From Flectonema sp. DT1601 (Eukaryota), in contig OZ025787.1 in the NCBI GenBank assembly GCA_964019425.1, forward strand, positions 1,240,001 to 1,304,000: a stretch of 64,000 bases of DNA, written 5' to 3'. Position 1 is the stretch's first letter, and every line of letters begins with the position of its first letter. This document shows, piece after piece, positions 20,868 to 33,267 of the stretch. The translations under genes were made by a program, and so were the position numbers. The notes beneath the pieces are model-generated. The model saw only the letters and a list, made by a program, of their open reading frames with translations, was not told the origin of the DNA and did no database searches.

Positions 20868-22508
20868 ATGGCGATATACGTGACCTCGAGATCTTCAAAA
20901 GATGAGGTTGCTAACTATTGGAGGTACGTTATTCAAGTTGTTCCAGAGACAATAGGAATTCAATGGTTGAGAATGATGAAAAGACTAACTGAAGTCTATC
21001 AATCTATTTCGGAAGATGATTTTGTAAAATGGGTGGAAGACGAATTCTATCCAAAAGAGAGAGAGCTATTTAAAGACGTTGCAGAAAAGAACGAACTGAT
21101 GTCCATGTTGGAAGAAATATTACCATCTGGAATGCCGAGGAGGAAGCCTCCTCCTCCTCCGACTCCCACGACTGATAAAAAAAAAAATTCTGAAAAATTT
21201 TTAATAAGTACCTCACCATCTACTCCGGTACAGCCATCAAAATTTGATCAACCTCGTACTCCAGTTACAAAAAAACAGGTTGACGTAGTTCAAAAGGAGG
21301 TACAAACTTCACCCATTGATATGATGCTTGCTACTCCAGTTGTTAAACGTAGAAAAGTATTGGATAATAATCAAGAGAATAATACACAAAGAGAAGACAT
21401 TATAATAAGTCAACGTCCGCTGACACAAATTCATTCTCAATTTCCTTTGGAACAAATTAGTAAATTAAAAGTAACCTGTCCACCTTTACCAAGAGTTCAA
21501 GGTATTTATAATATCCAACAAACTGTAGTGAATGAATATCCTTGGTGGGAGATGTGTGAGCCTGACGGTAGTTCATGGAAGCTGTACTCATCACCAAGAG
21601 GTGCCTGGACCATCACAAGTAAAGAAACCGATTTCAGTACCGGACATGGGTTGGTGGTAAATGGAACATACCATGGAGGGAAGCCACCCCATCTCCAACA
21701 TGACAGCATCTGGAAAGTTGCGGCCTTTCAAGAATGGAGAGACCATCCAGGGATCAAGGTTACATCATTATATGCAGCACAGGCTATTAATAATGTCTAC
21801 TCAAAATACTCAAACAATGGTTTCTTGAAAAAACGAGCGGTCTCGAGACTTCTACGAGACATTAAAAAAGACATGAGTCTCCCGCCTATACCTGAAGCGG
21901 TTTGGACCTCTTTTTGTAAGCAGCTTGGGTGTGATCCTGCTGAAGGAATTCCAGAAGAGAGAATGAGTGAACTTTATGAACAAGTTCCACAACTACAGAC
22001 ACAACACTTAACACAACTAACACAATCATCAAGTAGTACAGCAAAGACACCTGACGTTATAAGATTACCTTGTAATGTTCAACAAGTATCAGTGGCACCG
22101 TCAATTACACAGCTGCAAAATCAACAACAGCAACAGGAGCCTACTGTTCAGAAGCAAGACCGCTTTAGAGGTCATCGTTGTGGTAAGTGTCAGCCGTGTC
22201 TGAAACCATCTTGGAAGAAAGCGTGTGAGAGTCCTGTTCCAGTTTCTAACGGAATTATACAACAGACCGAACCAAAGTCGAAACCTGTTACTAAACCACA
22301 ACAACAACCACAACCACAACAACCACAAGAAGATTCATCATCAGAAGAAGAAGAAGACACCGCACCCGAATCTCTCGATAAGGTCGCCAGACTTCTCGGA
22401 TTTGCCATCAACAGAGCTGCAGCAACAGTTAACCAAACAAAAAAAGTAAAAAGAGGAAGAGTTGGATACGCTCCTGGCAAACCCGTCGTTGAAATGGTAA
22501 AGAAATAA
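20868..22508 (+). CDS. Uncharacterized protein with a Trp-rich 'GxY...W...HxGxPP...W' module, degenerate EF-hand-like region and CXXC-like Zn finger
   Basis: 546-aa ORF; QGIYNI...YPWW...LYSSPRGAWTI...HGGKPPH; RCGKCQPCLKPSWKKAC. Confidence 0.75.
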   Translation: MAIYVTSRSSKDEVANYWRYVIQVVPETIGIQWLRMMKRLTEVYQSISEDDFVKWVEDEFYPKERELFKDVAEKNELMSMLEEILPSGMPRRKPPPPPTPTTDKKKNSEKFLISTSPSTPVQPSKFDQPRTPVTKKQVDVVQKEVQTSPIDMMLATPVVKRRKVLDNNQENNTQREDIIISQRPLTQIHSQFPLEQISKLKVTCPPLPRVQGIYNIQQTVVNEYPWWEMCEPDGSSWKLYSSPRGAWTITSKETDFSTGHGLVVNGTYHGGKPPHLQHDSIWKVAAFQEWRDHPGIKVTSLYAAQAINNVYSKYSNNGFLKKRAVSRLLRDIKKDMSLPPIPEAVWTSFCKQLGCDPAEGIPEERMSELYEQVPQLQTQHLTQLTQSSSSTAKTPDVIRLPCNVQQVSVAPSITQLQNQQQQQEPTVQKQDRFRGHRCGKCQPCLKPSWKKACESPVPVSNGIIQQTEPKSKPVTKPQQQPQPQQPQEDSSSEEEEDTAPESLDKVARLLGFAINRAAATVNQTKKVKRGRVGYAPGKPVVEMVKK

Positions 22509-22932
22509 GAAGGAAGAATTAGAGTAACACTTCACTCTAATGACGGTAGACATTATTATATTCCTATTTTATATTTATCTTTATTGTGTAGTAAAGTATA
22601 CGTGAGTCATCACTCACCAGATGTACGACAATAAAATAACATGAAGCAACAAGCATTTTAGTTCGAATTCTGATTCGGGAAAAAAAAAAAGAAATGTTAA
22701 AAAGAAAGTACGAACCGAACATAAAAACTCTAAACCAGTCTTCATAGAGTGCACTGCATTCTATGTGGTGTACAAGTATTTCGTTTTTCTTTGAGAGTGA
22801 GTTCCCCCAACCGTATAGATTTATAGATGTGTGGACTGTTGAATTATTATACTGGCATTGATCATATTTATCGCAATACAGGTGTTTCAGGATAAGACAT
22901 ATGAGTGTATTTATTCTTTTCAGAAAACAACG

Positions 22933-24549
22933 ATGTTCTCATCCGATGAGCCTCCTGACTACCTAATCAACGATCCTGAAATCGACGTTACGGAACTTCC
23001 TCTCAAAAAAGAACAAACAACTGAACACCAGCCAACACTATTTGAAAGGGTTTGCACGTCAGCCATTCGGGGAGTAGTAGCAGCGCAAATAGTTACTTTT
23101 GTACCCCAAGGTTATCGAAAACATAGAGAACACAGAGGATGTATGTATCCAATATTAGTTATTTTATCGAGAGTTGCCGCAGTTGAAGCCACCATAAAAC
23201 ATTCAATCATTAGAAACGTCCTTAGACAAATTGTTAAAGAAGATTATGTGACATCTGCGGAACCTAACCAAACAATCACACCATCGAAAGAAGCAATCAA
23301 AGTTGTTAAGGAGCTGGTGAGATCGTGTGATACTCGTAATGGGTTTGTTCAAGTCTATTCAGCAAAGGCACTGATATCAGGGATATATAAACAAGTACTT
23401 TGTATTGATCGAGAGATTGGAGGAATGCAATACGTCCGTCTCAGCAAAATAATAAATTCCGATATAACACAACTTCGATCACAACATATGAATGAGTGCA
23501 TCCCATGTAAGGCGTTGGCTGATTATTTACTGTCGATTGCATCGGTTTGGGTTGAGGATTCTTCTAACCCGACGGAGCAAGTCTCGATATTAAAAACTAT
23601 TCGCGAGGGATGTGTAGTCCGTCGTACTCCAATTCGGTACAGAGTACTACGAAGAAAACAACTAATCTCAACATCTAATGAAGGCAGTGACCTGAAACCA
23701 CTATGTGGTATGCTTCGAGAAAGTAATACTGCTGTTAGAAAATATCGAAATCAAAAAAAGAAAAACAAATCAAACGTCAACAGCGATGAAGAGGATAGTT
23801 TACCCCAAACCTCCTCACCTACTTCAGTTTATAACAGCGACAGTATTACTTCTTATGTAAAACAAGATCAACAAACACCTGATAATATAACAATACCACG
23901 ACCACCTAAAGTTGATGATCGGAAAGTTATTTCTGAAGTGATTCAGAAGTGTTTTAAAGGTGTTTTGAATCCGAGGAGGCCTAGAACTCCTCCTCAAGTA
24001 TCAGATCAACATTTTGGTGTGTACATCCGTCCTGGAAACAGAACAACACGTTCAGGTAGTATTGGTGATGTCCATCTCCATGAGGAAAAGAAGTTATCAT
24101 CAAAAAGATTTAAACATCTTCAAAAACCAAAACAAGGAGTCCTCGAAGAGATCATTACCAGAAGAAGGATACTAAAAGAGAATAAAAAAGATTATCAATG
24201 CGCAGTGTCGCTCAACAGTAAAATTGATCCAGACTTCTGTGGCAGCGTATTATCAACATTATCTGTGTTAAGACGAAGAGAACAATACCGAGCCAACCGC
24301 TTTCGCATATCAGTAGAGCAGAAACTCGCTTCTAAGTACCGCGATTTTATAGAAAACAGCAAGCCAATCATAAATGAGGTGAGTAACTTTATAACCAACA
24401 GCACCTCGACAGCTCTCACCCATTCCAACAACGATGATGACGATCCGGACTTTTGGATGGAAATTACTGACGCGACAATTGAAGACAAACCTAATATTAA
24501 AATGCCGATACCACAACATACGAGTACCGAACTTCTGAACTTTAGATAA
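22933..24549 (+). CDS. Hypothetical protein
   Basis: About 540-aa open frame on the coding strand; first plausible ATG after TTTTCAG at 22923. Confidence 0.7.
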   Translation: MFSSDEPPDYLINDPEIDVTELPLKKEQTTEHQPTLFERVCTSAIRGVVAAQIVTFVPQGYRKHREHRGCMYPILVILSRVAAVEATIKHSIIRNVLRQIVKEDYVTSAEPNQTITPSKEAIKVVKELVRSCDTRNGFVQVYSAKALISGIYKQVLCIDREIGGMQYVRLSKIINSDITQLRSQHMNECIPCKALADYLLSIASVWVEDSSNPTEQVSILKTIREGCVVRRTPIRYRVLRRKQLISTSNEGSDLKPLCGMLRESNTAVRKYRNQKKKNKSNVNSDEEDSLPQTSSPTSVYNSDSITSYVKQDQQTPDNITIPRPPKVDDRKVISEVIQKCFKGVLNPRRPRTPPQVSDQHFGVYIRPGNRTTRSGSIGDVHLHEEKKLSSKRFKHLQKPKQGVLEEIITRRRILKENKKDYQCAVSLNSKIDPDFCGSVLSTLSVLRRREQYRANRFRISVEQKLASKYRDFIENSKPIINEVSNFITNSTSTALTHSNNDDDDPDFWMEITDATIEDKPNIKMPIPQHTSTELLNFR

Positions 24550-24895
24550 CTCCTTCCCTCTTTTTACCTATACTAACATTAATTTTAGTCAACATGTATC
24601 ATAACTAACTTTTATTTTAGTTAACTTCGATGCAATTCAGATATTTATTTCTTCATAAATATATTTCAACCCCTACTTTTGGTCGAGCCTTAGCTTTGGT
24701 CAGCTTCAAGTAGGTTTATAATCAATTCCAGTATTAAGTTACTTCCCCCCCCAACGTCTTTTAAATTGAGTGTTCATTTACACGAGTTATTGTACTCTTA
24801 TGTTGCAGTTTATATTTTTTTTTTTTTCATGACGAAAAAAAAAGTAAAAAAACCATAATAATAATAACCATTACCTCTTCAGGGCTACAATCAAT

Positions 24896-26368
24896 ATGAG
24901 GATCTTATCACTTCTCGCTCTTTTAGCAGCGGGTTCGGCAGACAGACCGAATGATTTGGTAAAGACAGTTCCAGGACTTAAAGGTGATTTACCAACCCGT
25001 CATTGGAGTGGATATATTGAAGCTGATTCACCAAATGGAGGTACTGTTAATGTTCATTATTGGTTAGTAGAAAATGCTAACAAAGACCCGAAAGCACCGA
25101 CTGTTGTATGGCAGAATGGAGGTCCTGGAAGTAGTAGTTTAATGGGATTCATGACTGAGAATGGTCCAATCACAGTCAATGATGATTCCTTCAATACGAA
25201 AGAGTATCAGGAATCTGGTGTTCCAACTGTTTTCTTAAACCCACATTCTTGGAACAACTACGCAAACATGTTATACGTTGAGCACCCTGCTCCAACAGGA
25301 TTCTCGTACTGTTCAAGTCCTCAGGCATGTGCGTGGAATGATAGCAGTCAGGCTGTTGCTAACTACAATTTCTACGTCGCGTTTTTTGAAGCGTTTCCAG
25401 AACTAAATTCGAATGACTTTTATATTGCGGGTGAGTCATATGCTGGTGTGTTGGTACCAACAGTTGCACTTCAATTTTTAAAACACAGAACGCCATCTAA
25501 TAAGAATACTGCTCCTTGGTCACTAAAGGGATTCGCACTTGGGAATGACTGTCCAGGAAGCAGAGTCTTCACATGTACTCCTTACAGTGGTTGGATTGGA
25601 ACTCAGACTTCTGTTGATTTTTTATATGGTCACGGAATGATTAAGGAAGAAACTTATAATAAAATAAACGCCGCATGTGATGGTCACTGGGGTACATACG
25701 AAGCCCCACCAGAGCCATGCAAAACCCTTCTTGAGGATCCAACCAGACCAGTGATGTCAGAAGCAGGAGACACATACAACATGGGTGGTGGTTACTATCT
25801 TTATGATAATTGTATGCCTGATTTGATGGCTTTGAATGGAAAAGGTTCTTCTGAAGCACCGTCAAGAGAAGGAGCTTTAACCCGAAAGGCTCTACGTGAC
25901 CCTTACAATCTCAACTCTGGAGAATATGCTTGTGGACAGGAACGTGGTGGTCACGTCTGGTTGAATTTACCAGAAGTCCAACAAGCAATTCACGTTAAGT
26001 TAGTTGATAAAAAACAATTCAGTTGGTCAAGTGCTCTTAACTATACTTACACTGCCTGGTCTCTTCTTAAAGATTACAATGATACGTTAATACCAAACTT
26101 TAGAATAATGCAATACACTGGTGATGCTGACCCTTGTGTTCCATATGTTGGAACTCAACGTTGGATTGATTCTCTTAACCTTCCAATTACTAAGAATTGG
26201 AGACCCTGGAATGCCCCAAACACCATGCCATACACAGGATATGTTACTGAATTCGCAAGTAACTTTACATTTGCAACTGTTCGAAATGCAGGTCACATGG
26301 TTCCAAGATACAAGCCACGTGAATCGCTTTACATGTTTGGAAGATGGCTTCACGGAAAGGAGTTATAG
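24896..26368 (+). CDS. Secreted serine carboxypeptidase (peptidase S10)
   Basis: Signal peptide; WQNGGPGSSS, IAGESYAG (catalytic Ser), GDAD (Asp), NAGHMVP (His). Confidence 0.95.
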   Translation: MRILSLLALLAAGSADRPNDLVKTVPGLKGDLPTRHWSGYIEADSPNGGTVNVHYWLVENANKDPKAPTVVWQNGGPGSSSLMGFMTENGPITVNDDSFNTKEYQESGVPTVFLNPHSWNNYANMLYVEHPAPTGFSYCSSPQACAWNDSSQAVANYNFYVAFFEAFPELNSNDFYIAGESYAGVLVPTVALQFLKHRTPSNKNTAPWSLKGFALGNDCPGSRVFTCTPYSGWIGTQTSVDFLYGHGMIKEETYNKINAACDGHWGTYEAPPEPCKTLLEDPTRPVMSEAGDTYNMGGGYYLYDNCMPDLMALNGKGSSEAPSREGALTRKALRDPYNLNSGEYACGQERGGHVWLNLPEVQQAIHVKLVDKKQFSWSSALNYTYTAWSLLKDYNDTLIPNFRIMQYTGDADPCVPYVGTQRWIDSLNLPITKNWRPWNAPNTMPYTGYVTEFASNFTFATVRNAGHMVPRYKPRESLYMFGRWLHGKEL

Positions 26369-27207
26369 ATTTCTTATTCCCCTTCTTATTTAATTTATTT
26401 CTTATTTTCCACGCTTTCCATATCGTTGGGTAAGAAAGGCAAAAACAACAACAACAACGAACACCTGCTGAAGTGTGTGCGTTCCTCAATTATTGTCACT
26501 TTTTTTTCAAAGCGGTTTAGAGACACTATTAAATCCAACAAAACAAAAATCAATTCCCTAAATCCTTCCCCTTTGTTCCAAAGCCCTTTCCTTGATTGTC
26601 ACTTAGCGTCTCATTGCTATGATGGTTTTGAGAAAAAAAGTAAAATCTGCGCGTCTTACACCCATTCTTCTCCTATTGGGAGAACGAAGTGCTTTGGAAA
26701 GGTAAGTGAGTGTTCGCATGTACTTATTACAGCATGTCGATCGCAACAATGAACTTATAAATCACTTATGAGGCTTATTTTGTATGTTTACCGAACGCCT
26801 TTTTAAAAAAAAAAAAAAAAAAAAAAGAATAAATATCACCCGGCATAGATGGTATTCATTACGTGTATTCCGTGTATCTCTCTGGGGGTTGAAGAAGTAG
26901 TTTTTTTTTTTTTTTTTTTTGTCCCGTTCTTTTTGAAGTACTCATGCAAGGGTTTTATTGTGAACTCGTAGTGCCTTGTGACTCAGGATTTGCCTTTTAC
27001 CGGCTTTCTACTGAGACTTTTTTGAACAAATAAAAAAAAAAAATATTCATGTAAACTTTACAAAAAGAACAGAAAATACAACAACGAAAAAAAAAAAAAA
27101 AAAAACGAGTGCTTATTTACGTACGTTTTTGAAAAAAAGAAAGTAAAATTATGTGAAAAAAATGGTGAAAAAAATAATAATTTTGTATCAGAGATTACTC
27201 ACAAACC

Positions 27208-30157
27208 ATGCGAAGTGCGGCACTACACATCCTGTTGTTGTTAGTAACGTCTATTAGGGGAGCTGACATTATATCGCTTCCATCCGTTGATTGCGTTGAT
27301 AACAGCGTCATTACTATTCAAGTCACATCTGGTGACTTAACAATCGATGGAAAGGTTAGTTATAGTACTCGTATGTACTCTGTCAATGGTGTGAAAGGAG
27401 TACCGGCATCTATTATAAAAATGCATCCTGGAACGACATGCACACTCCGACTTCAAAATTCATTGACTGGAGATAGGTGTACAATAGGTTTGTTTATTTA
27501 TCTTATTAAATTGTTTAAGAACATTAAAATAATAATACAACTAAAACAGATCATGAGAATTCATTTCACTGTATTGATGCAACAGTACTTCATACTCATG
27601 GACTTCATGTATCACCAGATGATGATTTAATTGATTCCCGAACTGATGTTGGTGAAACCAGAGACTACGTTTATCACATACCAACTGCTCATATGATGGG
27701 AACACATTGGTATCATGCTCACCATCATGGATCTACTTCTGTACAGGTATGATTATATTTCTTAAAGTCCAAAAAGGAAGAAGTGCACTTCCCCCCCTCT
27801 CGTTTTTGCCAGTTTCAAGTTGCTTTCCATTTAATATTAGTATCAAGTTACCTCCCAAACCCAGAAAACATGAGACCTCATTAAATTGAAAATCGTGTCT
27901 TTCAAGTCGAGAAATACTTAAATGCAAAAATGACTGTCCCCTCAGCGGAAAAACAACAACACAACACAAACAGGTTGGCAGTGGAATGGCTGGTATCCTT
28001 TTAATAGAACCCCACGACTCATATGTGCTACCCAACGACTTAAAAGTTTTGTATGACGACGTTGATGCTCCACCTCCTATGTTATTTCATCACTTTCATA
28101 TGGGAGGTACTACCGGAGGAGGAGGATTGCAATGGTTTGATTTTGAAGATCTCCTCAGCAGGTATCCATCGAACAACGTTCCTCTAAATCCAACTTGGAT
28201 TGACACCCGAGAACAGAACTTCTACACCGTAAACGGACAATACAATCCAAATGTTAATATAAAAGCAAATGTTGCGACGTTACTTAGAATGGTTCACGCA
28301 GGTGGCTCTAATCATATCGCACTTGTGTTAAGTAGCAGCAGTTGTACGATGAAACTAATTGCCAGGGATGGTGTGTTTCATCAGACTCCATACTTATCAA
28401 TTACATCTATTGCAATGATCCCTGGAACTAGAGCAGATGTTGTTGTGTTGTGTGATAGTACTGTTGTTGGTCAAGTCATCACGGTATCGACAGATCCTGA
28501 TCAAGGAATTCAACCGTCTAGTGCTAATGGTTTTCGTCAACCTACTTTCTTTACTATCACAGTTCAGGATGGGGGGTCCTCGTCTCGAACTTTTCCAACA
28601 TCAGAAGCTCCTTTTCCAGACTACTTGCAATCACTCACAACTGCAAATGCCCAACGTGGTGGTGAATCTAACGTTCAGACTGTTACACCTGGAGGTCCTG
28701 GGTTTGCTATAAACGGGGATCCGTTTCCAGGATTTCATGCAAATCAATATGTTGAACAGTTCTGTTTAAATAGAATTTATGAATTCGATATTGGAAGTTC
28801 TACTGGTCGTGGTAGTGTCACTATTGACACCTCTTCAACAAATGGATTAGCTAATAGAGGTGTTCATCCATATCACCATCATATCAATCACATGCAAATT
28901 CAAAACGGTCGCGATCCAACTGGTCACGTCCTTCGTGATGGAGAGTGGAGAGATGTAGTCCCAGTGTGGGGAGCGACAGTTAGAATGTGGCCTGTTAGGT
29001 TTACAGGAATTGTTGTATTACATTGTCACTTTGTACAACATGAAGACAGAGGAATGATGGGATTATATTTAATTAATGATTGTGGTATTCCGAGTACTGT
29101 TGATCAAAATATTACTCCGCCACCAACTCCGCCGCCAACTCCGCCACCAACTCCGCCACCAACTCCGCCACCAACTCCGCCACCAACGCCGCCTCCGACT
29201 CCGCCACCAACTTCGCCACCAACTCCTCCGCCGACACCTTCCACTACAGTGACAGCTCCGCCGACACCACCTCCTACCCCACCGCCAACTCCTCCACCGA
29301 CTCCACCTCCCACACTCCCTCCGACGCCACCTCCTACCCCACCGCCAACTCCTCCACCGACGCCACCTCCTACTCTCCCTCCGACGCCTCCCCCAACACC
29401 GCTTCCCACAAGTTCGATTCCTAGCACGTTAGTACCGACTACAATTCCAACAACGCCTTCACCAACTGGCTCACGACTTACTATTCGAGGAACCTTCCCA
29501 GCAGGAGACTGTGTGACGTTTCTAAATGATCAAAATGCTAAGAATTCATTCCAACAAGTCCTCCTTCGTGTTCTGAAACTTGAGAACACTCCTCAGAGAT
29601 TACAAAGTCTGGTATACGCCTGTGGAAGCATTATTTATCATGTTGTAGCTGATGTTGATCATGGTGTACTTCCTACTGGATCGGGGGGAGAGGTAATCAG
29701 CAATATGATAAACACTGAAATCCAAACAAACTACGACAACCTGAAGACGGTGATGGGAACAACAAATCCAACCACAGCTGAGATAAGTGATGTGGGGATA
29801 CCAACTCCTGTTAGTGGATGCGTGTTAGAGGGGAGTAGTCAAACTGTTTTAGTTGGAACTGTTTGTATCCCACTAACGTGTCAAGTAGACTATGAACTTG
29901 TTACTGTTCAAGGAGTTGGAAGCAGCTGTGTTAAAACCTCAAGCAGTTCATCTCCTTCAACTGGAATAATTATTGGTATTGTTATTGGATGTTGTGTTGT
30001 TGTTGGTATCATCTTCACTGTTGGTTTCTTCTGTTGCAGATCGAAAGCATCCGGACGTTCATCTGTTGCAACAAGAGAAATAGTAGTGGAGAATCCTAGC
30101 AATCCAGACCTTGACACAAAACGATTTCCTGATACACACTCTACTCCTGATAACTAA
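27208..30157 (+). CDS. Membrane-anchored multicopper oxidase with Pro/Thr stalk; exons 27208-27487, 27550-27746, 27974-30157
   Basis: All four Cu motifs present after splicing: LHTHG and WYHAH (exon 2), HPYHHH and HCHFVQHEDRGMM (exon 3); signal peptide; C-terminal TM GIIIGIVIGCCVVVGIIFTVGFFC. Confidence 0.9.
27488..27549 (+). other. Spliceosomal cis intron (62 nt, phase 1)
   Basis: GTTTGT...AATACAACTAAAACAG; removal brings the HTHG motif into frame. Confidence 0.85.
27747..27973 (+). other. Spliceosomal cis intron (227 nt)
   Basis: GTATGA...CAACACAACACAAACAG; joins HGSTSVQ|VGSGMAG. Confidence 0.9.
29113..29400 (+). repeat. Coding 12-bp tandem repeat (PPTP)n, mucin/extensin-like stalk
   Basis: ACTCCGCCACCA-type units in two blocks within the oxidase CDS. 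Confidence 0.9.
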
Positions 30158-31136
30158 TTTTTCTTTTTAATATTTATCTTTTCGGGTATTAAATTACCTG
30201 TTTGATGTATTTTTTTTTTCCATGTATTCTCGTTTGTTGCATATCAATTGTACGACAACTTCACTAAAGCAATAGGACACTTCGGTGTTCTATAAGCCTT
30301 TTTCGTCTTCTTTTTTTTCTTTTTTAGTAGTGGCGTTTTGTAGCTTTGGCGGATTAAACATCTTCATTTGTTACTTGATTATTATTTTTTAGCTCATTTT
30401 TTTTTTGAAGAATGAGCTATCCAGCAGACAATTTTTCCATTTCCTTCCTCCCTTCTTTCCTTCCTCCCTTTTTTTTTTTTTGATTTAGTTTTTGGCGTAC
30501 TATTCGCCATTTGTAAACAACCTTTTTTTTTTTTTTTTTTTTTCTGTTTTTTTTCTTTGGTACTCCCAATGATTTGTCTGCGATCAAACTGCGTCATTTA
30601 CATGTCGTTTTTGTGCTGTTTTCTTAGGAAGCCCCACAATGGAGTAGCCGAAAAGAGAAATTTATATGGACAATTGTTTCCATCTATTATTTTCTAAGAT
30701 AATTTCTTTATTTAAAAGTCTGATTAAATCAATAGCTTGATTGTGTGACGTAGTTCACATCATGTGTACATGATCATCGAGCAGGTCAGTTCCTTTTTTT
30801 TATTTGAAACTATCCTCACTACTCGCAGGATAACTCTAACAGCGAGGTGCGCACACAAACTCAGTAGAATTTCCCACCTCCATAACAAAACAATTCACGA
30901 ATGTTAGAACCAGCTGACACTCTTGTTGACTTACTCAGTAAGATTAGTAGTTCTTTCATTTCAGTTCCTTGTAGACGGTGTGTGTCTTTACACACCTTAA
31001 ATCATTGGTTGCATATTTTTGGAAATCTGGTTTCGATTTTTTGAGCCTTCAATGAGCTCTCAAACAATTTGATATCTAATTTCAACGTGATGGGTATTAA
31101 ATATATTTGTTAACACAACAGCATACTAAAAGAACC

Positions 31137-32582
31137 ATGGGAGGAAATACATCAAAAGTGAGAGTTGAAACTGGAATCGGAGGTCGAATGTTTCGCTCCG
31201 ACATCCTCGAAGGACTTGATGAACTTCGTCGTTGTGTTTCTTGTAAGGTATATGTTCAAGATGAAGAGGGTTATGATTACGCAAGAAGAGCTTGGAATAA
31301 AGACGTATCTGGATTCCCTTCAGCAATAGTAACAATTGAATATGACGATGATATAGTAGGTGTAATGAAATACATGAACAATCATCCTAATGTTGAACTT
31401 GGGGTTACTGGTAGTGGAAGACACAGTCATAAATGTGCTCCTGATAACTGTCTTCTTATTGACTGCTCCAAACTAAACAGAAAAGATATCGACCCAGCTA
31501 CTGGTATCGCAGACTTTGGAACTGGTTGTGTTCTCTCAGAAGTAGATGAATTAGGTGATAAACACGGTTATGCTGTTCCTTTGGGACAAAACCCAAATAC
31601 TGGCATCACAGGTCTTACTATGGGAGGTGGTCTTGGTATTCTGGGAAGAAGTTTTGGACTTACAGTGGACTCTGTAATTCACTTCAAGTGTGTTCTCTTA
31701 ACTGGTGAGAAGGTTGTCGCTTCTGCAGACTCCCACCAAGATCTGTTTTGGGCTCTCCGTGGTGGTGGTGGTAACTTCTGCATCATAACAGAGATTCGGT
31801 ACCAAATGCATAAAATACCAAACAAGATGGCTTTCCATGAGAAGGTTTACTTACCCATCCCATGTATCTTTGAGAACCCTCTGACTGCATTCAAACGTGC
31901 TGTTAACTACGTTGAGAATGATATGCCACGTGCTAGTTCAGGTAATTTAGTATTACCATTTGGTGGCCCATTTGTGGGTAGTTTTGTTTACAATGGAGCT
32001 CCTGAAGAGGGGAAGAAGCATTTCGCATCTCCGGCTTTTCATTTTGGACGTACCCTAATCCAAAACAAAGGAGTAAAGTCATACCCAGAACTACAAACAC
32101 TCGCATTAGGTCCAGATGGAATGGAACAACAGTCTGGGTACTATCATGAGAAAGGTTTCATCTGTGATTCTATTCCGGATAGCTTAGCTGAATTCTTGTG
32201 GGAAGCATCTCACGGAAAAACAACTCCAAAACACGGAGCCATCATCATCGCTATTGTTGGTGGGAAGATTTCGGATCCTCCATCTGACCACACAGCTTAT
32301 CACAGCAGACATGGATTGTACTTCGTTTTATTCGTATCTCAGTGGAAAGATGAAAAAGACTCTGACATGTGCCGTTCTTGGGGAAGAAGCTGTGCTGCAC
32401 GCTGTAAAGACTTTGCTTTCAAGCCTTACAATCCACCTTTGGGTGAGCAAGATCCGGAGCCTGAACATCATATCGGGTATGAAGTGTTTAACACGAATCT
32501 TGAGAAGCTTCGTGACGTGAAGACGAAGTATGATCCAACTAATCGACTTTGTCATAATGTTAATATTCAACCTCGTAAATAG
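31137..32582 (+). CDS. FAD-linked oxidoreductase, berberine-bridge-enzyme/VAO-PCMH family; possible N-myristoylation
   Basis: GVTGSGRHS (His-FAD motif), TGLTMGGGLG, LFWALRGGGGNF, NLEKLRDVKTKYDPTN (BBE domain); N-terminus MGGNTSK. Confidence 0.9.
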   Translation: MGGNTSKVRVETGIGGRMFRSDILEGLDELRRCVSCKVYVQDEEGYDYARRAWNKDVSGFPSAIVTIEYDDDIVGVMKYMNNHPNVELGVTGSGRHSHKCAPDNCLLIDCSKLNRKDIDPATGIADFGTGCVLSEVDELGDKHGYAVPLGQNPNTGITGLTMGGGLGILGRSFGLTVDSVIHFKCVLLTGEKVVASADSHQDLFWALRGGGGNFCIITEIRYQMHKIPNKMAFHEKVYLPIPCIFENPLTAFKRAVNYVENDMPRASSGNLVLPFGGPFVGSFVYNGAPEEGKKHFASPAFHFGRTLIQNKGVKSYPELQTLALGPDGMEQQSGYYHEKGFICDSIPDSLAEFLWEASHGKTTPKHGAIIIAIVGGKISDPPSDHTAYHSRHGLYFVLFVSQWKDEKDSDMCRSWGRSCAARCKDFAFKPYNPPLGEQDPEPEHHIGYEVFNTNLEKLRDVKTKYDPTNRLCHNVNIQPRK

Positions 32583-32727
32583 GTATCCACCTCTTCAATA
32601 TACACACACTTGATATGTTATTTTTGTAGAGATTCTTTCGTGAATTGCTTTCGTAATTAGTTAATTAATAACGCGTACGGAATATATCTTTTTCTTTCCT
32701 TTCCTTTCCTCTCCTTTATTTTCTTTT

Positions 32728-32892
32728 GCATTTAATTAAGTACTGTAAGAACGAAAAAGAACGTTGGCAGCACACGTAAACCTCCTTATCAGTTTACCGC
32801 GTTTGTGTGCGAAACCAGTTTCGTGCACCAACAAAGCACCCCAACAGGTGTTATATTACTATTCTCTGTCTAGTTTAAGATACAGCCAATCC
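32728..32892 (-). mobile_element. Dispersed repeat family A, copy 2
   Basis: Aligns with 571-728 over its whole length, with an internal variant segment. Confidence 0.7.
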
Positions 32893-33267
32893 TTTCTTGT
32901 TCTTGCTTACAATGAATTCTTCTATATTTCTTTTTCAGTAGAGCGCTCTTACATCTTGTTGCCATTATGGATACGGATGCAGATGGCAGCATTTATTTTC
33001 AAGTAGAAAACGCTTCTTGCAACATGCAAGTTGCAACGCAGCTTAATGTGTTTCCTTCTTTTGAACAAGTTAAGCATAACCTATAAAATAATTCTCCTTT
33101 TTTTAATTTTTCAATTTTTTTCAAATATTTCCTCCTCCCTCTTTTCGAAGCAGAGACCTAAAACTGACTGTCTCGTTTGAGCTGCGGACAAAATAAACTT
33201 AATGTATTCCAGATACGCTGGTGTGATTTTATTTTTAATTTTTATTTATTTTATCAGATTAAGTATA

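Noticed and set aside
29104..29427. Minus-strand Gly/Val-rich ORF
   Set aside because: Antisense shadow of the PPTP repeat
30977..30996. Isolated 7-bp hairpin GGTGTGT/ACACACC (others near 33016, 39570, 53700)
   Set aside because: Short isolated stems are expected by chance and have no supporting context
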